Source: a bacterium
GTDB lineage: Bacteria; Patescibacteriota; Minisyncoccia; Phycocordibacterales; VMGT01
DNA: 64,000 bases
NCBI GenBank assembly: GCA_030697645.1
Contig: JAUYPI010000004.1
Span: forward strand, 1,141-65,140
Direction of reading: 5' to 3'
Position 1 is the first letter of the stretch. Each line of letters begins with the position of its first letter. This document shows, one piece after another, positions 18,973-27,952 of this stretch. The notes below the pieces were generated by a model that was not told where the DNA came from, did no database searches, and saw nothing but the letters and a program-made list of their open reading frames with translations. The translations under genes were made by a program, and so were the position numbers.

Positions 18973-19917
18973 TTACTCGTGCTCAATCCGGATTCGATCT
19001 GTCCTTGTCGTTTTTTGATGCACGAATCTGTCCACAGTTTGCTCTATGTTTGACCGTTCCACAACGGGGAGCCAAAGGATGTTTTGGTTTCGTTTGAACC
19101 AGGTTTTTTGGCGGCGGGCGTATTGCCAGATTTTTTGTTCGAGTATGCGCTCGAGTTCGTTGCGTGTGAGCATGCCACGTATGAATCGAGAGACATAGCG
19201 GTACTCGAGCCCGAATGAGTCGAGCCGCTGCCATGAGAGCTTGTCTTTCTCGTGCAAGCGCGCGACCTCGGCGATGAGGCCGCGCCGCAGGCGCACTTTG
19301 AGGCGCACGGCAATGCGCCCGCGAAGCTCATTGTCGGGGAGTGCGAGGCCGATATAGAGCACGTCGTACTTTTCGCGCGATTGAATCTTCGGGACGCTCC
19401 CGAGCGCGCGCGCGATCTCAATCGCGCGGATGAGGCGACGTTGATTGTGCGGCTCGATTGTTTTTGCGCGTCGGGGGTCGAGCCGCACGAGCTCCTCGAG
19501 GAGCTCGTGCGGCGAGCGTTTCCCGAGCTCTCGTCGCAGCGCCGGGTCCGCGGGTACGTCGGGGAGGAGTGTGTCTCCGAGAAGCGCATCAATGTAGAAC
19601 CCGGTGCCGCCGACGATAACAGGGAGCTTGCCGCGGCGGATGATACCCTGAATCGCGCGCTCCGCGTGCCGCGCGTACTGCGCCGCGCTCCACTGCCTCC
19701 TCGGCGAGGCGACGTCGAGCAGGTGGTGTGGGATGCCCCGCATCTCGCGCGCCGTTACCTTTCCCGTGCCAATATCGAGCCCGCGGTAAATCTGCCGTGA
19801 GTCCGCAGATACAACCTCGCCGCGAAAGAGCCGCGCGAGCTCGACCGCAAGCGCGCTCTTGCCCACCGCCGTCGGGCCGACAATGACCACAATTTTGTGC
19901 TTTTGCTTTGTAATCAT
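18973..19917 (-). CDS. miaA: tRNA dimethylallyltransferase
   Basis: GPTAVGKS, SADSRQIYRGLDIGTGK, GGTGFYI, YARRQKTWF. Confidence 0.97.
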   Translation of the reverse strand: MITKQKHKIVVIVGPTAVGKSALAVELARLFRGEVVSADSRQIYRGLDIGTGKVTAREMRGIPHHLLDVASPRRQWSAAQYARHAERAIQGIIRRGKLPVIVGGTGFYIDALLGDTLLPDVPADPALRRELGKRSPHELLEELVRLDPRRAKTIEPHNQRRLIRAIEIARALGSVPKIQSREKYDVLYIGLALPDNELRGRIAVRLKVRLRRGLIAEVARLHEKDKLSWQRLDSFGLEYRYVSRFIRGMLTRNELERILEQKIWQYARRQKTWFKRNQNILWLPVVERSNIEQTVDRFVHQKTTRTDRIRIEHE

Positions 19918-19941
19918 GGACGAGGTATAGTGTATAAAATC

Positions 19942-20103
19942 TTAAATTTCCAAATTCCAAAAAACAAGCTCCAAACAAATCACAATACTCAAAATCCAAT
20001 CTCCAAACACGACGTGCGTGTTTGAGATTTGGTGCATTGGAATTTGAAATTTGTTTGGAACTTGTTGGTTGGAAATTGGAGCTTATTTGGAACTTGGAAA
20101 TTC
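19942..20103. repeat. 7-mer-periodic palindrome (AAATTCC/GGAATTT arms)
   Basis: ccaaattccaaa...caaacacgacgtgcgtgtttg...ttggaaattgga; partial reverse copy at 53935-54030. Confidence 0.8.
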
Positions 20104-20107
20104 GATT

Positions 20108-22315
20108 ATGCTACTCAACAAAACCCTCCGTTTGATAGCGCTCGCCGGAATTTTCCTCCTGCCGCTCATTCCGATCTACGTTGCGCGGAGTATGTTTTTT
20201 CCGTTCATCACCGGGAAAAATTTTGCGTTTCGTATCATCGTCGAAATTGTGTTTGCCGCATGGCTCCTGCTCTGCGTCCGCGACCGCGCGTATCGTCCAC
20301 GACGCTCGACCATTCTCTCTGTGCTCGCGGTTCTCCTCGGTATCATTCTCATTACCGACTTTACCGGCGTCAATCTCTTCCAGAGCCTCTGGAGCAACTT
20401 TGAGCGCATGGAGGGTCTTTTTACGCTCCTCCACCTCGGCGCCTACTTTCTCGTCGCGGGATCGCTCCTCACAACGGAAAAACTTTGGAAACGCTTCTGG
20501 CACGTCTCGCTTTTCGTCAGCGCCTATCTCGGGTTCTACGGTCTGCTCCAGCTTGCAGGCGTGAAGGAGATCAATCAGGGCGGCGCGCGGCTTGACGCGA
20601 CACTCGGCAACGCCACCTATTTTGCAATCTACATGGTCTTTCACGCATTTATCGCCGCCTTCTATTCTCTGCGTCAGAGCAGCGGCAAACTTCTGAAAGG
20701 GCTCTACGGGCTCTTAATCGCGCTCCAGCTCTATACGCTCTATCATACGGCCACTCGTGGCGCACTTCTCGGGTTCCTCGGCGGTGCGCTCCTCGCGACA
20801 GTGTTAATCGCGATTTTTGGGCGGGAGCACCGCGTGCTGCGGCGCGCTTCGCTCGGTGTACTCGCTGGCCTGCTCATTCTCATCGGCGCGTTTTTTGCCC
20901 TGCGGAATAGCGACTTCGTGCGCCAGAGCGAAGTGCTCGGGCGTTTCGCCTCGCTCTCGCTCTCCGAGGGCCGGGTGCGCTTCTATGTGTGGAACATGGG
21001 ACTTCAGGGCTTCAAGGAACGGCCGCTCCTCGGCTGGGGGCAGGGCAATTTCGATGTGGTGTTCAATAAATACTACGATCCGCGGATGTATACGCAGGAG
21101 CCGTGGTTCGACCGCGCGCATGACATCGTCTTTGACTGGCTGATCACCGCCGGCGTCTTCGGCCTCCTTGGCTACTTTGCCCTTTTTGCCGCAACGCTCA
21201 CGCTCCTCTGGAGAGACCGGGCCGGTGTATTCTCCGTCGTGGATAAATCACTCCTCACCGGCCTCCTCGCCGCCTATCTGTTCCACAACATTTTCGTCTT
21301 CGATAATATCACGAGCTACCTGCTTTTCTTTAGCGTGCTTGCGTTCATCCACTCGCGGGAGAGTAGCAATGCTCGCCCGCTGTTTGCCGAGCGCGATCAA
21401 GCGCGGCTCGCTCCGCGCGGTGGCAGCGCCGGAGTTCTTCCTGCGGACCGTATCGCGATCCCCCTCGTTCTGATTGGACTCGTTGTTGTGCTCTATGCGC
21501 TGAATATCAAGGGCATCAACGCCTCACGTCTTCTCATACAGGCGATTTCTCCGCAGGAGAAGGGCGTCACCGAGAATCTCGCGCTCTTCCGCCGCGCGAT
21601 CGCCGCAAGCCCGATCGGCCGGATGGAAGCGCGCGAGCAGCTCGTCCAATTCGCGCTCGAGGCAGCAGGGGCGGAGAAGATACCGCCGGAGCTTAAGGAG
21701 GAGATCGCACGCACCGCAGAGCAAGAGATGCTCGCGATGCTCGAGACGATACCGCGCTCCGCGCGCCACCGCTTTTTCCTCGGCGTGTTTTACCGCCGCT
21801 TGGGCCGTCACGAGGATGCCGTGAAGATGCTTACCGAGGCGCTCGAACTCTCGGAGCACAAGCAGCAGCTCCGGTTCGAGCTCGGCCTCACGCACCTCGA
21901 TGCAAGCGAGTTTGACAAGGCGCTTGCGGTGCTGAAGACCGCCTACGAGGATGCGCCGGAGTACTCGGAGGCGCTTATGCTCTACGGGCTCACGGCAATC
22001 TATAGCGGAGAGCTCGAGCTCGCCGACGAGGTTTTCACTAAACGGTTCGGTTCGCCGATCCTCGATGACAATCGCGTGCTCAAGGCCTATTTTGACACGG
22101 GCAATCACGATCGAGTCGTCGCGATCTGGCAGAAGCGCGTCGAGCAGGATCCGGAGAACGCGCAGCTCCACGCCTCGCTTGGCGTATCATACGCCCAAAT
22201 CGGCGACCGTCAGGCTGCAATCGCCGAGATCGAGCATGCGATCAAGCTGCGGCCGGATCAAAAAGACAGGGGTGAGGAGCTCATCCGCCAAATCCGCTCC
22301 GGCAAGGTGCCGTAA
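20108..22315 (+). CDS. O-antigen ligase (Wzy_C) family protein with TPR C-terminus
   Basis: SNFERMEG, ATLGNATY, TATRGA, RPLLGWGQGNF, FDRAH. Confidence 0.88.
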   Translation: MLLNKTLRLIALAGIFLLPLIPIYVARSMFFPFITGKNFAFRIIVEIVFAAWLLLCVRDRAYRPRRSTILSVLAVLLGIILITDFTGVNLFQSLWSNFERMEGLFTLLHLGAYFLVAGSLLTTEKLWKRFWHVSLFVSAYLGFYGLLQLAGVKEINQGGARLDATLGNATYFAIYMVFHAFIAAFYSLRQSSGKLLKGLYGLLIALQLYTLYHTATRGALLGFLGGALLATVLIAIFGREHRVLRRASLGVLAGLLILIGAFFALRNSDFVRQSEVLGRFASLSLSEGRVRFYVWNMGLQGFKERPLLGWGQGNFDVVFNKYYDPRMYTQEPWFDRAHDIVFDWLITAGVFGLLGYFALFAATLTLLWRDRAGVFSVVDKSLLTGLLAAYLFHNIFVFDNITSYLLFFSVLAFIHSRESSNARPLFAERDQARLAPRGGSAGVLPADRIAIPLVLIGLVVVLYALNIKGINASRLLIQAISPQEKGVTENLALFRRAIAASPIGRMEAREQLVQFALEAAGAEKIPPELKEEIARTAEQEMLAMLETIPRSARHRFFLGVFYRRLGRHEDAVKMLTEALELSEHKQQLRFELGLTHLDASEFDKALAVLKTAYEDAPEYSEALMLYGLTAIYSGELELADEVFTKRFGSPILDDNRVLKAYFDTGNHDRVVAIWQKRVEQDPENAQLHASLGVSYAQIGDRQAAIAEIEHAIKLRPDQKDRGEELIRQIRSGKVP

Positions 22316-22327
22316 AAAAATAGAGGG

Positions 22328-22511
22328 AATCGCCCACGTCTTACAATTTCACGCTCGAGCTTCGGTGTTTGGAAATGGTGTCGCCTCGCTTACGAAAAAT
22401 GCAGAACTCGGCCTCCCTGCTGGTCGGCCTCAGACAGCTGCATTTTTCTACTCGGCTCGCCATTTCCTAAACACCTCTCGCTATGCGTGAAATTGTAAGG
22501 CGTGAGCGATT
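22328..22511. repeat. About 180-bp imperfect fold-back element
   Basis: aatcgcccacgtcttacaatttcacgc...gcgtgaaattgtaaggcgtgagcgatt, with inner ggtgtttggaaatgg/ccatttcctaaacacc and aaaaatgcag/ctgcattttt. Confidence 0.75.
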
Positions 22512-22693
22512 TTGTGAGAGGCAGACGACGCACACTCTGTCCGATCGGATATTCTGCGCGTCGTTTCTGTAGTGGGTGTTTTTTGTTTTTTCAATGTTGC
22601 GCGGTCAGCAGACGCATATTATAGTGTCGGTTAGACAGTTCGGATTTGTGTTTCGACATGCGCTACATCCTAACGGAGTAAGGTGGTAGAACG

Positions 22694-23044
22694 ATGACTG
22701 AAGTGGCATTCCTGATAGAACTCGTTGCAGATGCCGACGTCGCGATGTGGGAGCATGTACTTTGCGAACTTGAAGTGCTCCTGCCGGGGACCGAGCCCAT
22801 ACCGTGTAAATTTCGGGCCTCACGGGGAATGTTTATTACGGGACATTGCAGCAAGGAGGCGTACGAGCAGGCCTTCGGTGCTCAGGTTGAGGATCGGACG
22901 AAAACGAGTGACCATCTGAACAGCAGCTCGCAGACAACCGAAGGCTGGGCTGAGGTCATCCCCGCACGAATTCCTGACAATCTTGCGGCGCATGTGCAGT
23001 CTATCACACTCGACGATCGGGCCTTTCGGACCTTAGCCCAGTGA
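22694..23044 (+). CDS. Hypothetical protein
   Basis: 116-aa ORF with SD-like aaggtgg; hairpin at 23059-23097 downstream. Confidence 0.6.
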   Translation: MTEVAFLIELVADADVAMWEHVLCELEVLLPGTEPIPCKFRASRGMFITGHCSKEAYEQAFGAQVEDRTKTSDHLNSSSQTTEGWAEVIPARIPDNLAAHVQSITLDDRAFRTLAQ

Positions 23045-23103
23045 AGGCAGACACAAAAACGGGTGACACACGTGCGTGTCACCCGTTCCATTTTTTCTAA
23101 TGC

Positions 23104-23808
23104 CTAGCGCCTCTTTGCCTCGCTGCAGATTTCGTACACCACATCCTTTCGCTCCACGACGACTCTCCAGCCGCGGCTTCGGGCGATGCGGTAGAGGCGG
23201 TGGTTCGGATTGAAGCAGATCGGTTCCTCGACGAGGTCGAGGAATGCCGCGTCGTCCTCGGTGTCCCCAACGCCGATCGAGTGTGCGAGCGTGAGCCCCT
23301 CTTTCTCGAGCGCGCGGCGGAGGACCGCGCCTTTGTTTGCGATCACGTGGAGTTCCTCCACCTCGCCGGTGAAGCGACCTGTGGGACCGAGCGCGTAGAT
23401 TCTCCCGTAGACTTTGTCAAAGCCGAGCCGCTTACAGAAGGGATCAAGTACGGCCTTTGGCGATTGCGAGACCGCAAGGAGAAAGTAGCGGCGGCGTTTT
23501 AGGTCGCGGATAAGATCGCGCGTGAAGCGGTAGAGATGCTGTTCTTGTTCGCGGATTACCTTCTTGCCGACCTCTTTCAGGTCGCCGTAGTAGACACCTT
23601 TGATATGCCGATAAAAGATCGCGACCATCGCCGTGATGTACGTTTCGTAATCGCCCCGACGATTGAGCCATGCGTGGTATTCGCGCTCATACCCCCGCCG
23701 TGCGCGCTCGGGGAACACGCCCTCGCGAATCAACGCTTCCACGAGTTCAACAAATATGCTCGAGCGAAATACGGTGCCGTCAATGTCGAAAATGGCGACT
23801 TTGCGCAT
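23104..23808 (-). CDS. HAD-IB family phosphatase (SerB-like)
   Basis: AIFDIDGT, VS.S, GVGDTEDD, FNPN. Confidence 0.9.
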   Translation of the reverse strand: MRKVAIFDIDGTVFRSSIFVELVEALIREGVFPERARRGYEREYHAWLNRRGDYETYITAMVAIFYRHIKGVYYGDLKEVGKKVIREQEQHLYRFTRDLIRDLKRRRYFLLAVSQSPKAVLDPFCKRLGFDKVYGRIYALGPTGRFTGEVEELHVIANKGAVLRRALEKEGLTLAHSIGVGDTEDDAAFLDLVEEPICFNPNHRLYRIARSRGWRVVVERKDVVYEICSEAKRR

Positions 23809-23824
23809 GCTTGATATTGGTGGG

Positions 23825-24049
23825 CGGTTTTTCGTATCCATGGGCAAGGAGGGAGTCGGTCACGAATAAATTTCCTGACGGAAATTTTTCGCGACCCCGC
23901 CTCGCGGTGCTCGCCTTGTCCTCGCTCCGCTCAGACAAACTCGCACATCGCTGCGGCCTTCGACTCCCTCACGCACGGTGCGCAGGCACCGTGCTCTTGC
24001 CCATGGACGAAAAACGTCCCGTTTTGGTCGGCACGGTTTTTCGTATCCA
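23825..24049. repeat. Hairpin element built from inverted and direct copies of the tRNA-Leu 3' end
   Basis: cggtttttcgtatccatgggcaaggagggagtcg at 23825-23858 and 24034-24067; inverted copy at 23959-24016. Confidence 0.8.
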
Positions 24050-24131
24050 TGGGCAAGGAGGGAGTCGAACCCTCAACCCTTGCGGGACAGCGTCCTAAGC
24101 GCTGCGCGTATGCCATTTCCGCCACTTGCCC
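24050..24131 (-). tRNA. tRNA-Leu(TAG)
   Basis: GGGCAAG acceptor, CAGCG-CTTAGGA-CGCTG anticodon arm, long variable arm, GGTTCGACTCC. Confidence 0.95.
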
Positions 24132-24198
24132 TCGGATGCACTCTAGCATAGGTGTGATATACTGGACACATTAGCAACGTGTTAATTATTTTGTGAGT

Positions 24199-24453
24199 AT
24201 GCCAAAAGTTTCTATTTACACGACGCCGACGTGCGTGTATTGTCGGGCGGCGAAGGATTTTTTTAAGGAGCACAATGTCTCCTATGAGGAGTATAACGTC
24301 GCGACCGACCTTGCGCACCGCGAGGAGATGATCGCAAAGAGCGGCCAGATGGGAGTCCCAGTGATTCTCATCACGAAAGACGGCGCAACAGAGCCCGAAG
24401 TAGTCGTCGGCTTCGATGAAGCGCGGCTCTCGGAGCTCCTCGGCGTCTCCTAG
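24199..24453 (+). CDS. Glutaredoxin / NrdH-like redoxin
   Basis: YTTPTCVYC, SGQMGVPV, VGFD. Confidence 0.93.
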   Translation: MPKVSIYTTPTCVYCRAAKDFFKEHNVSYEEYNVATDLAHREEMIAKSGQMGVPVILITKDGATEPEVVVGFDEARLSELLGVS

Positions 24454-24466
24454 CTACGTCCCGGGC

Positions 24467-24538
24467 GCCCCCGTAGTTCAATGGATAGAACTGGCCCGTC
24501 CTAAGGGCTCGATGTGGGTTCGATTCCTGCCGGGGGCA
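24467..24538 (+). tRNA. tRNA-Arg(CCT)
   Basis: GCCCCCG/CGGGGGC acceptor, GGCCC-GTCCTAA-GGGCT anticodon arm (unusual G32), GGTTCGATTCC. Confidence 0.9.
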
Positions 24539-24672
24539 TACAAGCGAAGCGAATATGCACCCGGCAGGAATCGAACGCGGCGTGTCTGCCTGCCCCTGCT
24601 TGACGGCAGGCAGGGGCACGGAACCCTGCTGGCCTGATTGTCTCATTCGAGCGACTTTGCTACACTTTGCTC

Positions 24673-24930
24673 ATGGACCCAAATGACCGGCAGTTGCTCA
24701 AGCACGTCGCTCTGCTTGTCGAAGAGAACACGGTGATTCTCCGCAAGCTCCTCCGGGCTGAGAAGATGCGCCGTCTCGTCTCCGCGCTCTACTGGCTCGC
24801 GGTGCTTGCGATTTCGCTTGGCGCTTACTACTTCATCCAACCATACCTCGACAAGCTGCTTTCGATCTACGGAAACGTCCGCGGCGGCGTCGAGAACGTA
24901 GGAGGCACGATTCTCAAGGGCGGCGGGTGA
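24673..24930 (+). CDS. Small membrane protein
   Basis: EENTVILRKL...YYFIQPYL; TACACT lies 6 nt before the ATG. Confidence 0.75.
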   Translation: MDPNDRQLLKHVALLVEENTVILRKLLRAEKMRRLVSALYWLAVLAISLGAYYFIQPYLDKLLSIYGNVRGGVENVGGTILKGGG

Positions 24931-24983
24931 GGTTATCCACAGGTTGCGTGCTAAAATTGAACTCTCTGTGCTATGCTATATGC

Positions 24984-25685
24984 ATGCGGTCAGATCAAGA
25001 ACGCGCACGTAAGATGCGTATCGGCGGTTACAGTTATCAAGAAATTCACCAGACTCTTGGAGTCCCAAAGTCGACCCTTTCGTCTTGGTTTTCTGGGCTG
25101 CTACTCTCACGGTCAGCACAAAGAAGGATAAATCAGAGAGTGAATCAAGGGCTTGTAAATGGATTAGTGAGACGCAATAAACTTCAGACGCATTTGGCGC
25201 GACGGCGAGCGAGAGAAACCCGCGAGCTTTCTGCGGGTGAGGTGGGCAAACTTTCAGAGCGCGAGTTGCTGCTCATAGGAGTTGCATTATATTGGGCAGA
25301 GGGTTATAAGAAATCTGTTATCAAAAATGGTAAAGAGCGTACATTCCATGCGATTAGTTTTACTAACACAGACCCGGCGATGGTTCGGCTCTTTGTTCGT
25401 TTTTTGACGGAAATTATCCATCTGCCTCAATCAAAAATACGTTTCCACGTGCGACTGTTCCCACATATCAATGAGGATGACGCATTACGATACTGGCTGG
25501 AAGCGTCCGGACTCCCAGAAGAGAGCGCCCTTAAACCTACGGTTGTCACTAGCGTGTCGAGTCTTCGGAAGCGACCCTTTAATCGGTTGCCTTACGGTGT
25601 TGTTCAGATTAGGGCATGCGATACCAAAAATTTTTATCGGATTATGGGATGGATCGACGGAATAAAACAGTTCGTTACAGTTTAA
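24984..25685 (+). CDS. HTH plus degenerate LAGLIDADG-like protein (putative free-standing homing endonuclease/maturase)
   Basis: N-terminal HTH GYSYQEI...VPKSTLSSW; LIGVALYWAEG helix followed by ISFTNTD; lower GC. Confidence 0.7.
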   Translation: MRSDQERARKMRIGGYSYQEIHQTLGVPKSTLSSWFSGLLLSRSAQRRINQRVNQGLVNGLVRRNKLQTHLARRRARETRELSAGEVGKLSERELLLIGVALYWAEGYKKSVIKNGKERTFHAISFTNTDPAMVRLFVRFLTEIIHLPQSKIRFHVRLFPHINEDDALRYWLEASGLPEESALKPTVVTSVSSLRKRPFNRLPYGVVQIRACDTKNFYRIMGWIDGIKQFVTV

Positions 25686-25692
25686 TACTAAT

Positions 25693-26055
25693 GCCGCGGT
25701 AGCTCAGTGGTAGAGCGCTTGCCTGAAATCTTCGGGCCGTTTCGCAGTAATGCGGAAATGAAAATCGGGCGAAATGCTGGAAACCCTAACGTCGCAGTCG
25801 AGGGCAATCAGCACCCCGCCGTAAAGTCCCATAAGGAAACTTTACGGCAAGGTCAGAGACTATCCTTTTTTGGAGTACTGGATGTATGACGTCACGGGCG
25901 AATCTTAGGAAGTTCGTCGTTACGATATATCTCGGAAGCACCCGATCTCCCCTGATCAGCAATGGCGGGGAGAGTGATATAGTCCAATCCTCAAGGTGAC
26001 TTGAGTTCCATTTTGGAAGAGCAAGGCGTCGGGTGTTCGATTCACCCCCGCGGCA
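25693..26055 (+). tRNA. tRNA-Phe(GAA), exons 25693-25724 and 26016-26055, split by an intron
   Basis: Joined exons give GCCGCGG...CTTGC-CT|GAA-GA-GCAAG...GGGTG-TTCGATT-CACCC-CCGCGGC-A. Confidence 0.92.
25725..26015 (+). ncRNA. Group I intron (291 nt, no ORF)
   Basis: P1 GCCUGAA/UUCGGGC with U-G at the splice site; P AAATGCTGGAAA, Q AATCAGCA, R TCAGAGACTA, S GATATAGTCC; terminal G; TCTTC pairs with 3' exon GAAGA (P10). Confidence 0.9.
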
Positions 26056-26061
26056 CACAAT

Positions 26062-26238
26062 AGACCTCTTGCATAACCCGCTCCTGCTGCGATTTTTGAT
26101 TTTTGGCTGCGACTTCGTCAGCCGTCGCAAAATGGTTCTCGCCGTACAACAAGTACGCCGTCGAACCATTTTGCTTGTCTTCCTCGTCTCGCTCAAAAAT
26201 CAAAAATCTCGCCACGAAACGGGTTATGCAAGAGGTCT
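26062..26238 (+). mobile_element. 177-bp fold-back MITE, copy 2
   Basis: Same TIRs as copy 1; AAT/AAT flanks; 6 nt after tRNA-Phe. Confidence 0.85.
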
Positions 26239-26255
26239 AATTTTTTCGCAGTCTT

Positions 26256-26654
26256 ATGCAGCGCGCGGCGTTTGAGAAATTGATTGATGAGAGCTTTGCG
26301 CTGCTGCCGGAGCGTATCCGGGAGCGGATTTCAAACGTCGCGATTCTCGTTGAAGATGAGCCGAATGCTGAAGTGCGAGGGAAGGAGGAGCTTGCGGAGG
26401 ACGAGACACTTTTGGGCTATTACCACGGCATTCCACTTGCGGAGCGCGGGAGCGACTACGGCGTCGGCATGACCCTGCCGGACACGATCACGCTCTACCA
26501 GCTTCCGATCGAGGATGAGGCGGACGAGAGTCCCGAGGAAGTGCGACGCGTGATCGCCGAGACCCTCTGGCACGAAGTCGCGCACCATTTCGGGATGGAC
26601 GAAGGAGAAGTGCGGTCGAAGGAAAGGGCGCGAGGGCGGAGGCGAGGCAGATGA
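26256..26654 (+). CDS. Minimal zincin metallopeptidase (Zincin_1 family)
   Basis: LLGYYHG, PDTITLYQ, HEVAHHFG. Confidence 0.9.
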   Translation: MQRAAFEKLIDESFALLPERIRERISNVAILVEDEPNAEVRGKEELAEDETLLGYYHGIPLAERGSDYGVGMTLPDTITLYQLPIEDEADESPEEVRRVIAETLWHEVAHHFGMDEGEVRSKERARGRRRGR

Positions 26655-26667
26655 TGGTGGTATTAAG

Positions 26668-26822
26668 GTTTGAAATTCGAAGCACGAATATCGAAATCCG
26701 AACCGAACATTTGACCAGTGACATTTGACGCCTGGCTTCGAACCCGCTGTCGCCGTGTCAAAGGTCAAATGTCACATGTTAAATGTCGTGATTCGAATTT
26801 CGTGCTTCTATATTCGGATTTT
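26668..26822. repeat. Nested 7-mer-periodic palindrome
   Basis: Outer gaaattcgaagcacgaat/attcgaatttcgtgcttc; inner catttgac/gtcaaatg. Confidence 0.75.
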
Positions 26823-26840
26823 GGCGGTACGCTTTATGTC

Positions 26841-27284
26841 ATGAACGTGTTGTTTGTTTCTGTTACGGCATTCGTATTGCACCTCGTCTGGGAGATGCTT
26901 CACCTCCCGCTCTACCGCGGTTACGAGGAGTTGAACACGCTGTTGCCTTTACCGCTCTGGGCCGCGCTCGGCGACGTGTTCTACACGCTCCTTGCGTTCG
27001 CTCTCGTGAGTCTTTTTAAAAGAAGCGGCCTGCGCTGGATAGCGCAGGCGAGGATGTCTGACTTTGTCGGCCTTGCGGTGCTCGGCTTTTTGATCGCCGC
27101 GCTCGTCGAGTACAAAGCGCTCGCGCTCGGCCGCTGGGAGTATGCAGCCGCGATGCCGATCGTGCCGCTGCTTCGCGTCGGCCTGAGTCCAATTGCGCAG
27201 ATGACGGCGCTTTTGCCGTTTTCAGTCTATCTCGGAGCGCTCTTGTTGTGCGTTACGCAAGCAATGCGTCGACGACTCCTTTGA
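26841..27284 (+). CDS. Hypothetical membrane protein
   Basis: WEMLHLPLY, GRWEYAAAMP, GLSPIAQM; four TM helices. Confidence 0.75.
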   Translation: MNVLFVSVTAFVLHLVWEMLHLPLYRGYEELNTLLPLPLWAALGDVFYTLLAFALVSLFKRSGLRWIAQARMSDFVGLAVLGFLIAALVEYKALALGRWEYAAAMPIVPLLRVGLSPIAQMTALLPFSVYLGALLLCVTQAMRRRLL

Positions 27285-27705
27285 CGACTGCGCCGTCGGC
27301 GCGGCCTTTGAGCTCGGCCATGAGCGCTTTCATGAGGGTGCCGGCGTTTTCTTTCGTCGCGATGTTGAGTCCAGCCATTTTCTCGCGCGTGATGCGCTCA
27401 ATTTCCTCGCGCGGCATTTGCTGCGGGAGATAGGTCTCGAGTACGCGAAGCTCGGCCTCTTCTATCGTAACGAGGTCCTCGCGTCCTCCGGCACGAAATT
27501 GCTCGATTGAATCTTTGCGTTGCCGCGCGAGGCGTGCTATCACCGCAAGCGCCTCCTCGTCGGTGAGTTCGCCCTGCGGCGTGCGCTTCGTTGCGACGAG
27601 CTCGTTTACGAACGCGGCGAGCATACTACGCAGCACCGAGAGCCGCAGCGCCTCGCGCGCTCTCAAAGCCGTCTTGATCTCGTCTTTGATGCGGGAGTGG
27701 AGCAT
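27253..27705 (-). CDS. GatB/YqeY domain protein
   Basis: RQRKDSIEQF..GGREDL, YLPQQM, LKGRADG. Confidence 0.92.
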   Translation of the reverse strand: MLHSRIKDEIKTALRAREALRLSVLRSMLAAFVNELVATKRTPQGELTDEEALAVIARLARQRKDSIEQFRAGGREDLVTIEEAELRVLETYLPQQMPREEIERITREKMAGLNIATKENAGTLMKALMAELKGRADGAVVKGVVDALLA

Positions 27706-27788
27706 GAGGTCACTATACTCGAGCGAGAGCAGAAATGCACCTGCCCATGAGAAGCTGCCCAAAGAGCCTTTTTAGCCACACGTAAACA

Positions 27789-27935
27789 GTAACTGCTCAC
27801 GCTGATCACAATACTACGTAACAGAGCCGTCTTTGCGAGGAGCGGAGCGACGAAGCAATCCAGAGCGAGTAACACAAACCTCCTGGATTGCTTCGCTCCT
27901 TTCGGTCGCTCGCAAAGACGGGTGTGAGCAGTGAC
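27789..27935. mobile_element. IS66-like MITE carrying a CGTC-type REP
   Basis: TIR GTAACTGCTCAC/GTGAGCAGTGAC; flanks cgtaaaca/cgcaaaca (7 of 8 match). Confidence 0.75.
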
Positions 27936-27952
27936 CGCAAACAAACTGGAGA

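Noticed and set aside
23825-24067. attL/attR of a prophage or island
   Set aside because: Only about 175 bp lies between the direct repeats and no integrase is nearby.
26033-26275. Repeated short ORFs LLHNPLLLRFLIFGCDF (also 49161 and 34533)
   Set aside because: Translations of the MITE without consistent starts or stops.
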